From Antedon mediterranea (lineage: Eukaryota; Animalia; Echinodermata): a stretch of 64,000 nucleotides of DNA. This document shows, one piece after another, positions 53,346 through 64,000 of this stretch (position 1 is its first letter; the number at the start of each line of letters is the position of its first letter). The stretch lies in the NCBI RefSeq assembly GCF_964355755.1, contig NC_092676.1:5929888-5993887 (forward strand), written 5' to 3'. The translations under genes were made by a program, and so were the position numbers. Under the pieces are notes generated by a model. The model searched no databases. It worked only from the letters and a program-made list of their open reading frames with translations, and was not told the DNA's origin.

Positions 53346-56300
53346 TCAGTTGCCAGATCTGTCATTGCCTTGTCGGACAACGGTTACCGTTGCAGGATGT
53401 CCTTTTTTTCCATTGAGTTCAGGCGTTACGGTAATTTCAACCGTCTCCGCAAGAGACTCGGACATTTCACACATTCCTATATGCGGATCATTTATTTGGA
53501 TAACACCGGGAAAAGGTAAACCATCATCGGAACATGAAATTCTAAATAAATCGGCAGTACCTGACGTAAGGTTCCAAGTGGCAACGCCGAAAGAAAAGCC
53601 GTCATCTAACATACCTTGGAATTGAGAAATGTCTGTAATCTCAAAAAGAACAACCATGGCTGGAACTGTGGAAATTATAAATAAAACAATATCATGTTTA
53701 TATCCTAGAAAAGCATAGATATAGAAAGTAAGATATGAATTAAAATATACTTAAAGGTGTATTGTCCCCCAAAAACATGAAAAATGAAGATTAATTAAAT
53801 CAGACTTTGAATAGGTTATTTTGTAGTTTTAATAAAGTTAATCACTTCCGTAGAAAAAAAAATAAAAAAAATTATATTTTCACTTATAAAATAACAAAAT
53901 AAACGGTTAAATTCAACCAAAAATCCATTGGCTGCCAGCCAATTTGACTATTTTTTGCTTTTAATTACATTTTCAGGTAAATACATTTTTTTCGATCTAA
54001 TTTTTGGTCAAAATGGATAAATATTATGTGACATTAAAATTTTATATTCAACAAAAAAATAATTTTTTAAGGGGGACAATACATCTTTAATAATGATCAC
54101 CTATCAGCCTATCACCCGATTCTGCAACTGTCACTAGATAGATGTTAACTGACTATTGAAAGTCATCTAGATACGAGTCTAGGTGTATAAAGTAAGTCTA
54201 CTTTTAATACATGTTATGAAAAATTTTAGATTTTACTAACGTTTGGTAATCTTTTAAAGTAAAAAAAAAACACACGTTTTACTTACTTGTCGAAATAGAT
54301 ATGACAGCAGATCCCAGTGGTGTATTATTGTAATTCAGCTCTACGCTCAAATCAACATTGGTCCCAGCCTCCAAACCAAAGCAACTTACAATCTTTGTCA
54401 TGTTAGACTGCACTGTCCCAGACGTTGACGGAGTTCCTTCAGAACATGTCACGGTATATGAAACAATCTGGGTTGCGTCTGACGACATTTTGGCGACTAC
54501 AATCGTAGTATTTGTCGCATTATTTTCAATCAATGTTATGTTCACAAGATTGTCTGCAATTAAAAAATAAGTATTTGAAGAAAAGCCGGTAGACATACAT
54601 ACCAATACTCAATTACACAAACAACGTCCGGCGTAATCCAACAAAAATTAACATTATAAAAAAGGTGCATAATATAACTTACATGGCGAAGTAGTTAAGC
54701 CTGATGAAGTCGTTTGGCCTGATGAATTTGTTAAACCAGATGAAGTCGTTTCATTCAATGAATTGTCAGTGGTCAATTCGTCTGCTGATGAGGGGTAGTC
54801 GGTTCCGGCATCTCTCCTATTCCCAACAACAGTTACCACAACTGTGACAGGATGTCCTTCTTTTCCATTCAGTTCAGGCGTTACGGTAATTTCAACTTTC
54901 TCCGATAGAGACTCGGACATTTCGCACATTCCTATATGCGGATCATTTATTTGGATAACACCGGGAAAAGGTAAACCATCATCGGAACATGAAATCCTGA
55001 ATAAATCGGCAGTACCTGACGTAAGGTTCCAAGTGGCAACGCCGAAAGAAAAGCCGTCATCTAACATACCTTGAAATTGAGACATGTCTGTAATCTCAAA
55101 AAGAAAAACCATGGCTGGAACTGTGGAAATTATAAATAAAACAATATCATGTTTATATTCTAGAAAAGCATAGATATAGAAAGTAAGATATGAATTAAAA
55201 TATACTTAATAATGATCACCTATCAGCCTATCACCCGATTCTGCAACTGTTACTAGATAGATGTTAACTGACTATTGAAAGTCATCTAGATACGAGTCTA
55301 GGTGTATAAAGTAAGTCTACTTTTAATACATGTTATGAAAGATTTTAGATTTTACTAACGTTTGCTAATCTGTTAAAAAGTAAAAAAAAAACACACGTTT
55401 TACTTACTTGTCGAAATAGATATGACAGCAGATCCCAGTGGTGTATTATTGTAATTCAGCTCTACGCTCAAATCAACATTGGTCCCAGCCTCCAAACCAA
55501 AGCAACTTACAATCTTTGTCATGTTAGACTGCACTGTCCCAGACGTTGACGGAGTTCCTTCAGAACATGTCACGGTATATGAAACAATCTGGGTTGCGTC
55601 TGACGACATTTTGGCGACTACAATCGTAGTATTTGTCGCATTATTTTCAATCAATGTTATGTTCACAAGATTGTCTGCAATTAAAAAATAAGTATTTGAA
55701 GAAAAGCCGGTAGACATACATACCAATACTCAATTACACAAACAACGTCCGGCGTAATCAAACAAAAATTAACATTATAAAAAAGGTGCATAATATAACT
55801 TACATGGCGAAGTTGTTAAGCCTGATGAAGTTGTATGGCCTGATGAATTTGTTAAACCAGATGAAGTCGTTTCATTCAATGAATTGTCAGTGGTCAATTC
55901 GTTTGCTGAGGAGGGGTAGTCGGATCCGGCATCTCTCCTATTTCCAACAACAGGTACCACAATTGTGGCAGGATGTCCTTCTTTTCCATTCAGTTCAGGC
56001 GTTACGGTAATTTCAACCGTCTCCGCTAGAGACTGGGACATTTCACACATTCCTATGTGCGGATCATTAATTTGGATAACACCGGGAAAAGGTGTACCAT
56101 CAGAACATGAAATCTTGAACAAATCGGCAGTACCTGACTGGTTCCAAGTCGCAACGCCGAAAGAAAAGCCGTTATCTAACATACTTTGAAATTGAGAGAG
56201 GTCTGTCATCTCAAAAAGCACGACCATTTCTGGAGCTGGAAAAATTAAAACCCGAAATTGATCCAAAAAATGTATACAGTATTACTTTGTTATTGACATA

Positions 56301-59300
56301 ATGACATTGTGTCCTTCTCAACGAAACGTATTCGTACGTGGATCCCGAACAGTTTTGCATTGATCCCAATCAATGTTAATCATACTATAAGAAACTTTGT
56401 GCTAGAATCCTTTCAACTCGTTTCCCGAAACATACCTAAACATATTCTGTATTTTGATTCCTGTACATTATTCTAAATCTAAACATCGTTTTTTTTTTTA
56501 TTTCGTGCCCTCAATTCGTATTACTTATAACATGAGTAGGCCTACATGTCTCTGTGCATTTAAAGTATCAGCATTTGGTATTTTATTAAGTTATATGAAA
56601 GTTAACTTTTACTCACAAGTTGAAATAGATATTGAAGAAAACCCAACTGATAGATTACCGGTACCATGTACGAATCTTACACTTAAGTCAACGGTGTTTC
56701 CGGCCTCCAAACCATCACAGAATACATCTTTCGTCATGTTAGCCTCCATCATACCAGACGGAGACGGATTGCCTTCAGAACATTCCACGTTATAAGGAAC
56801 ACTCTGAGTTGTGTCTGACGTCAATTTGGCGACTACAGTCGACGTGTTTGTTCCAGTAGTATCTTCAACCAATGTTACGTTAACAAGCTTACCTATAATA
56901 AAAATGTATATTTAAAAGGGCCTGTCCAATTTAAAACAGACCCACTTAGTAGGCTAGTGGTGAACATTAGTATAAGGGTGTAGGCCTACTTGATTTGTCG
57001 TGGTATTCATGGGTCACCGTAGAATTGTATATCATTACAAAGCTTTCGCATCGGGATAAAAGGATAAGTTATTTAATAACAAAATATTAATCTGCGCATG
57101 CGTATAAGCCCAGTATAATCCGTTCCGTTCTCATTGAGACAATTGGTCGATTTAACGTTCGGTACGATAGAGGAGCAATCTTTATGACGTCACTTTGAAA
57201 ATTTCCAACAGTAAAAACTGGTCGATCAGTACGAAGCGAATGCACGCGGAACAGTACCGTATGTAATTCCAGACAGCAAAGCAACTTTCGACACTCTAAA
57301 AAACGCTGGCAACGTGGATTAAATTCAATGATTGGCTATTAGTTACGATTCATCCCCGACAAATCAAAGTTGAGAACCCTGGTTAATCTATGCCAATTTG
57401 ATTGCGCGACGCATTGAGAAGCCTTTCTGAAATGTAGCGATATTGAGGAAAATTCTGCATCGACAGGGATGTACATATGATTGCAGAACAATCGCGAGAT
57501 TATGGCTGTCGCCGCACTCGCTTGCCTTACAGCCGTCGCCGTAAATTGATGTGATGTCACAGGTGCATCGCAAAAAAAAATCAACATTTATATTTTTTTA
57601 CAATTTATTTACAAAGTGTGTTTACTAGAAAAGTTCGCGATTTGCCAAACCTTGCCAGAAAACTCATGAAGTAAATTTTGCGATGCACCTGTGACGTCAC
57701 AGCAATTTATGGCGACGGCTGTACGGCGAGCGCGTGCGGCGATATCCTTAATCTCGCGATGGTTCTGAAATCATATGTACATCCCTAATACGTTGTTAAA
57801 ATATGGTCCTCGGTCAAGTTGTCCATTAAGGGAAGTCGGGATTTAATACCGTCTGACGCCTGGACCCAGGACAGCTATGTGATGCTTAGACTTACATTTC
57901 CGTTTGTGTTTACAGTAGGTGTTAATGTTTAGACTTACTTGTTGACAAAACCATCAAGCTGGGTATTGCTTGTTTGGAGTAGTGGACAGCAACTACATTC
58001 ACTACCACTTGAACACCTGGGCCTACATCCGAACACTTTACACTGCCAGACCCGTCAAGCGTGTTCACTACAATTGAGGCTGGTTCTCCAACTGAACAGC
58101 TGACGTTGAACGCCGAAACTGAACCAGACATGATCTTCCATTTCACAAATACATATAAAAACGAAGAATTTTGACTTGTGAATTCAACCTGGTCCGGATC
58201 TGCAATTGGTAACAAAAGCCAAGTTTAGGTCTAAACGCTATTTATGTTTACACGTCTCATTGGAGTTAAATTTTGGTTTATCTGAGTGTTGCGTTGAGAC
58301 GCAGAACTTAAACTTTATCTCCTTTAAAACATGCTTGGCTGTTACAATCTTAGTTATATCGGATGTACCTTTGAAACCTATACCAAAGTTGAAAGATTTC
58401 TCTTCTATTTACTGTGGTTAACTCTCCTGTGCAGCGCGATGGATAGCAAGGGCAATGATATACTTAAGGGAGCATGCCAACATTATTATACTGCAGTTAC
58501 TGCAGTACCTAAATTTGTTACTTTGATTTTAGTTTGTTTCAATTGTACAAGTTTATGAGTAACTTTAGCTTGTTAAATAATTGCATAAATAGATTGAAGA
58601 GTTAATTAATTATAGTTTCTGTCTGTTAGAAAAGTTACTTAAAGATGTATTGTCCCTTTGACTAATTAAAAAAAATATTTAAAAAAAAAAGATTTCGAAA
58701 AAAAAGTGGGTCATTTTGAAGTATCATAATAGTTATTAACTTTCATCAAAAATTAGTCGGAAAAAATCATTTAACTGAAATACAGACCTTTTTTGACTTC
58801 CAGTCAAAGTTTTCGATCAAAACATATCTCATAATGCAACGCGCTTGTTTGGCTACTCTGTATGCATAATCATAAAACTTCCTCAAGATCTGTGTGAGAA
58901 CACCTTCTCACCGTGACGAGTTGTAAACAATCCTAATTAGCATCATGCATAATGCATACTCGTGGTTTGAAATCTTTGTTTACTTTCGCACATGAAGATT
59001 TTCCAGACGAAATGTAATCAAATTAATTTACCTGTTAATTACGTAAACTTGTTGTTTTTGGCTTGAATTTTCGACTTAAATTGAATAACTTTAATATTAC
59101 TTTGATATGGCCAATTTAAATTTTGAATATTTTGACTTTCATTTTTTTGTGTTTCAAGGGACAATACCGTACATCTTTAAACATTTATTTATACATACTT
59201 GATATCATGATGATGTGTGCTGGCTCGCCATCCACCGAATTGGTCTGAGAATTTATGGTGAGGCCAACTTTAGTACCAGGCTCAACTTGGTTACACATTG

Positions 59301-62300
59301 CCGACCCATGTGACGCATTCTGGCTTAGCATAATCAGCGATCCATGCGAGCACTCGGCAACAAACTCGTCTGCAGTTTCACCAGGCGGGAGAGACCAGAC
59401 GGCCACTACCGCAGTGGTGTTGGTAAAGTGTTCTTCAAAGATAACAGGACTTGTTTCTTAATTGAAATAAATGTTGCATAACATGTTAATGACGTTTCTG
59501 ATTTATTTTTAACCAAAATCAAATACAGTACACTGTAAAAAAAAGTGTTTAGATCTTAAACATGTATTTTGTACCCACTTTTCCCACACATTTAACCTTA
59601 AACATGTTTAGATGTGAAACATGTTTAGGTTCTAATAACATTCTAAACATTGTAGTCTGTATCCAACACATCAGTGACGTGTGATTGTGGAGCAATATAA
59701 AGACACGTTTAGATTTTAAACGTGTTTAATTTGCAATGTGTGGAGCGCATGTGTGGAGCTTTTTCCGCCACAAAAAATCGTAGGCACGCAACGCTAAACA
59801 CGTACCTAAACATGTTGACATTTAGAAATTGAACATAATAGTGACATATTGACTGCTGAACGAGTGGAGGAAAACAACATGTAGCTATAAACACGTTTAG
59901 GTTTTAAACACGCTAAACATGTACTGTAACTACGTGTTTAAAAGCTAAATGTGTGGATAAAGTGGGTACGTTTGGGTTTAAGATCTAAACACTATTTTTA
60001 CAGTGTATAACATAAAGCTTTAAAGGGTAGCTCCGAGTTTATCATTTCTACTGTGTAATAAAATATTAACATGTGTGGTGGATTAGATTTGTCTCTTTCT
60101 AAACTTAATAATTCCTGAATGGATGACAATATATCCGTATTAACATTGACATTTTTAAAATAATTTGATTTGAAATTTCACTCTTGATATTAAAGTTATT
60201 TTCTGACAACGCAAAAGGAGAACGGATGTTTTGAAATAAGCCTCTTTGAACCAGTGGTGCTACAGGACACTGTATTACAGAATCTTGAAAAATTAAAATG
60301 TAGATACAATACGGAGAAACGACTTACTTGATGATATAGTTAGCGAAGCATTAGCGGCTGGAATGTCCAGGTAGGATACAGACACGGTAACGGTTAAATA
60401 GCCTCCAGGTGAAACTTCGTCACAAGACACCACCACATCATTCGAGAAGTCCACAGTCTCATTTAATACAGACGGTTCGCCTTCAGAGCAATCGACGATT
60501 ATCTTGTCAGCCATACCGGCTGTCAGGTAAACACGTACGTATACTGACGAGCTGGTAGATGCATAATTCTCGATGTCAATCTGAGCTGTGGTAAAAGAAT
60601 AGAAATACAGCAAAAATGTTACAAAAGGTAAGATACATTCGTATGTCATTAATACAGTTTTTAAAGGATTATACGGAAGTTAGCCTAATTCATTCACTAA
60701 AGGGGGTTCTGCTTAATATTCGTAAAAGAACAATTTTTACACACATGGCGTGTCAAACCTTTATTCGATTTTTTTTTAAATATCCTGTCTACACAATATC
60801 AAACTAGTTTGACAAAAAATGTGTGATGTGCCCAAACATGGTAGTGATATAACATCGTGTCCATGGGCACATCATGTTTTTTTCTCACATAAAGTTTGAT
60901 AGTGTAGACAGAGCATTCCTTTCAATACGCTTTTGTTAACCCATCATATATATGGAAACTTGTAGCTCTTCATATTGTACGATACTTTATGTACTTACTA
61001 TAGCAATATTTGTCCTTATTCTTTACTGTAGAGCTGTCAAGACAACACTCTTGATTCTAAAAGAAAAATAAGTTCGTGTTTTCAGCAATGGTTATGAATT
61101 CAAGAGACATTCGTCGGCCATTGTTGAATTTACTAGTTCCTGTTGTGAAACTTCGACGTCTAGGAAAGGATGTTAGAATGAGAGTGGGTTCGAGGTGAGG
61201 AATTTATTGAGAACAACCAAGGATGAAACGACCTAAGCAGCCCAAACCAGAAGCAAAAATAATGATTATTTTCCATCTTGATTGATCAATTATTGACATA
61301 TTTCGTTGATTTGACAAAGAACTTCAGTTGTACTGCAGTTTTGTTTCACAGCCTAACCCGAAAATGTCTCTAGATTTTCACATGTTGATTGGAATAATGC
61401 ACTATAAAGATTTATCCCACTTCAATGACGCAGACAAAATGCAAGACGTGCATTTACCACCTATCACACCAGCAACAGTTCGGACGATCCATTGCGTCGT
61501 GATTGATCAAATTTTGCGGCGCGCTTACGTTTCCTTGCGTTACGTCTAATTCTTGGTTCCCACTAGAGACGCAACGCAAGGACGTAAGCGCAATCCAAGT
61601 GATTTGACCAATAACAGGCGATGGATTATTCGGACACATCGCTTATAATTGGTAAACTCGCTCGCGTGGCGTCTACGTCCTTGCGATTTGTCTCTTGTGG
61701 GAACCAAGCTTAAAGCGTGGTTCACACTAGAACGCAACGCAGTGACGTATTGACGCAAAGTGCTGTATTGCGTAATCACAAATGGGAACCTACGACGCGA
61801 TAGTGCTGCAAACATCGCAGGTTTGATTTTACGCAGGCAGGGGCAAACACAATTATTAGAAGGGCATTTTCTTACTTTGCGTAGATTGCGTTACGTTGCG
61901 TCGCTAGTGGGAACCAAGCTTAAGTGGGAAATAAGCTTAAGCCTAAATTATTTATAAATAAACATAAACAGCCTTACCGTGCACACGTCATCATCGTGCC
62001 CGTCTACGTAAATGTAATCGCCGTTTTCCTGAAAATCTTCCGGACTGGATTCATGTTTAGTTGCGTTATTTAGTTCACACATTTTGTGAACATGATCATA
62101 ATTAAACGATTTGCATTCTGTTTTAACACAGAAACGAAAACATTCCATTCGGGATCTGACGGACAGTGTTTCGTAAACGTTACCAACCAATATTTTGTTT
62201 GATTCCATCTTCATATTACTCCAATTGACGTAATCATATTGCGCGTGGATGGGACGATACACAACTACAAACCCGACGAGCCAAAAGAAAGTTACGAATT

Positions 62301-62310
62301 TTGAAATCAT
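53346..62310 (-). CDS. Secreted PAN/Apple protein with nine tandem Cys-containing FN3-like domains and S/T-rich linkers, 11 exons
   Basis: Exon 62310..61978 (signal peptide + PAN), exon 61056..60999 (NQECCLDSSTVKNKDKYCY), then phase 1-1 exons 60585..60328, 59456..59199, 58199..57939, 56892..56617, 56235..55804, 55674..55408, 55120..54683, 54553..54287 and 53665..53346 (TGA then AATAAA). Each repeat has [VI]xCSxG..C..(L/V)xxG..V.(L/V)(T/S)V. FN3 assignment is by pattern only; 3' end less certain. Confidence 0.75.
53390..56240. repeat. Recent intragenic tandem duplication (1,121-bp two-exon unit)
   Basis: ORFs 54279..54605 and 55400..55726 translate identically; introns are also near-identical; the B-type exon is present three times. 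Confidence 0.9.
53755..54086. mobile_element. TTAA-target MITE (Kolobok-like)
   Basis: TTAA|AGGTGTATTGTCCCC...GGGGACAATACATCT|TTAA. The paralogous intron at ~55205 shows the empty site with a single TTAA. Confidence 0.88.
57464..57787. mobile_element. Foldback MITE with ~110-bp TIRs
   Basis: AGGGATGTACATATGATT...CAGGTGCATCGCAAAA pairs with TTTTGCGATGCACCTG...AATCATATGTACATCCCT. TSD not evident. Confidence 0.7.
58643..59176. mobile_element. TTAA-target MITE (Kolobok-like, long subfamily)
   Basis: TTAA|AGATGTATTGTCCCTT...AAGGGACAATACCGTACATCT|TTAA; reverse complement of 62701..63381. Confidence 0.8.
59531..60005. mobile_element. CACTG-terminated MITE (EnSpm/CACTA-like) with TA flanks
   Basis: TA|CACTGTAAAAAAAAGTGTTTAGATCTTAAAC ... 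TTTAAGATCTAAACACTATTTTTACAGTG|TA; internal AAACATGTTT subrepeats. Confidence 0.75.
60785..60913. mobile_element. MITE family A copy
   Basis: CTGTCTACACAATATCAAACT ... AGTTTGATAGTGTAGACAGAGC. Confidence 0.7.
61490..61921. mobile_element. Cluster of family-B MITEs in intron 1 of the PAN/FN3-like gene
   Basis: Two complete and one partial unit side by side, ending GTGGGAACCAAGCTT at ~61711 and ~61921. Confidence 0.7.
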
Positions 62311-62700
62311 TTTGACGAAACGATGATGTCGTTACATATGAAGTTGTTATCTTTACTGTCTGTTACCAATAATCGTCAGTTTTTAATTTCGTAACAAATT
62401 AATTAATTTTCTATTTCGCTGAATTACTTTACACCCACTACCAGCCTGGGGATTATTGGAAACAATGTTAGTAAAAACTATGTAAATATAGGTTACAACA
62501 AAAGAAACAAAACACTATTCGAGAGTGTACACAACGTAAAAGAATAATTATCAAAATAATCGAAGTCTGTAAATATTATATATTTATTACTTTGGTAACT
62601 GTTGACATGGCAGTATAAATACAGTAGTTCTGTAAACTGATACAATTCGAATTGTAAGTCTTTGCGTAGGCTATGCATGTTTACGAGATGCCGATGTTAA

Positions 62701-63381
62701 AGATGTATTGTCCCTTGAAACACACAAAAAATGAAGGTCAAAATATACTAAATTTTAATTGGCCATATCAAAGTAATATTAAAGTTATTCACTTTAAGTC
62801 GAAAATTCGAGACAAAAACAACAATTTTACGTAATTAATAGCTAAATTAATTTGAAATTACATTTCGTCTGGAAATGAAAAGTAAACAAAGATTTTAAAC
62901 CATGAGTATACATTATGCATGATGCTAATTAGGATTGTTTACAACTTGTCACTGTTGAGAGGGTGCACTGTTTTCACACAGATCGCGAGGAAGTGTTATG
63001 ATTATGCATACAGAGTAGCCAAATATGCGCATTGCACTATGAAATATGTTTTGATCGAAAGCTTTGACTAGAAGTCAAAGTTATTTTTTTAACCAAAAAA
63101 CGTCTGTATTTCAGTTAAATAAATTTTTTTTCGACTATTTTTTGGTGAAAGTTTTTTTTTTTTATCTTATGTGGGTTCATCCCACTTTTATTTCCATACA
63201 ACTGTTCTCTTTACATATATTTTTCACTATACACTATACATATCATTATATTTACAATTACAAAAAAAAGTTGGAAAAAGATGAAAGTTAATAACTATTA
63301 TAATACTTCAAAATGACCCACTTTTTTTCGAAATCTTTTTATTTTTATTTTTTTGGAATTTGACAAAGGGACAATACATCT
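62701..63381. mobile_element. TTAA-target MITE (Kolobok-like, long subfamily)
   Basis: TTAA|AGATGTATTGTCCCTT...AAGGGACAATACATCT|TTAA. Confidence 0.8.
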
Positions 63382-63387
63382 TTAACG

Positions 63388-64000
63388 AATCGATGTGGAC
63401 AAACCAGATCCATTGCGGATGCCGAGGTACATTTACGTTGTTAACCAGTCAATGTGAATAAACCAGATCCACTGCGGATGCAGAGGTACATTTACGTTGT
63501 TATCCAGTCGATGTGGATAAACCAGATCCACTGCGGATGCCGAGGTACATTTACGTTGTTATCCAGTCGATGTGGATAAACCAGATCCACTGCGGATGCC
63601 GAGGTACATTTACGTTGTTATCCAGTCGATGTAGATAACCAGATCCACTGCGGATGCCGAGGTATATTTACGTTGTTATCCAGTCGATGTGGATAAACCA
63701 GATCCACTGCGGATGCCGAGGTACATTTACGTTGTTATCCAGTCAATGTGAATAAACCAGATCCACTGCGGGTGCCGAGGTATATTTACGTTGTTAACCT
63801 GTCGATAGGGATAAATCAGATCCACTGCAGACGCCGAGGTACATTTACGTTGTTAAACCGTCGATGCGGATTTAAACCAGATTCACTGCGGATGCCGAGG
63901 TACATTTACGTTGTTAACCGTTCCATAGGGATAAACCAGATCCACAGCGGATGCCGATGTACATTTACGTTGTTAACCAGTCGATGTGGATAAACCAGAT
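63388..64000 (+). repeat. ~59-bp tandem satellite running off the window end
   Basis: About 10 units of TCGATGTGGATAAACCAGATCCACTGCGGATGCCGAGGTACATTTACGTTGTTATCCAG. Confidence 0.95.

Noticed and set aside
63388-64000. 59-bp array as CRISPR or coding repeat
   Set aside because: Head-to-tail units without spacers; unit length not a multiple of 3; ordinary satellite.

Overview
Eukaryotic, AT-rich, intron-containing animal DNA. The gene and repeat content looks like a marine invertebrate deuterostome such as an echinoderm (inference). Five spliced genes can be modelled by hand. (1-2) Two tandem copies, 18,263 bp apart, of a ~29-exon secreted protein made of about 15 CUB domains (68..9939 and 18331..28187, +). 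(3) A 7-exon arylsulfatase of the ARSB/I/J family (28480..41819, -), convergent with CUB copy 2; an orphan copy of its exon 3 sits between the CUB genes. (4) A signal peptide-PAN/Apple-EGF-like-fibrinogen C-terminal gene (42836..45102, -). (5) A signal peptide-PAN/Apple gene with nine Cys-containing FN3-like exons (53346..62310, -). The rest is transposon-rich: truncated LINEs, two Academ-like DNA elements (one a 5 kb foldback with nested insertions), TTAA-target Kolobok-like MITEs, a Helentron/HINE-like element, other MITEs and minisatellites. No prokaryotic systems or CRISPR arrays were seen. The most unusual observations are the apparent gene-conversion gradient between the CUB copies, the modular PAN gene pair, and the Academ foldback whose arms include transposase coding sequence. 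Exon boundaries and difference counts were read by eye and need computational confirmation.
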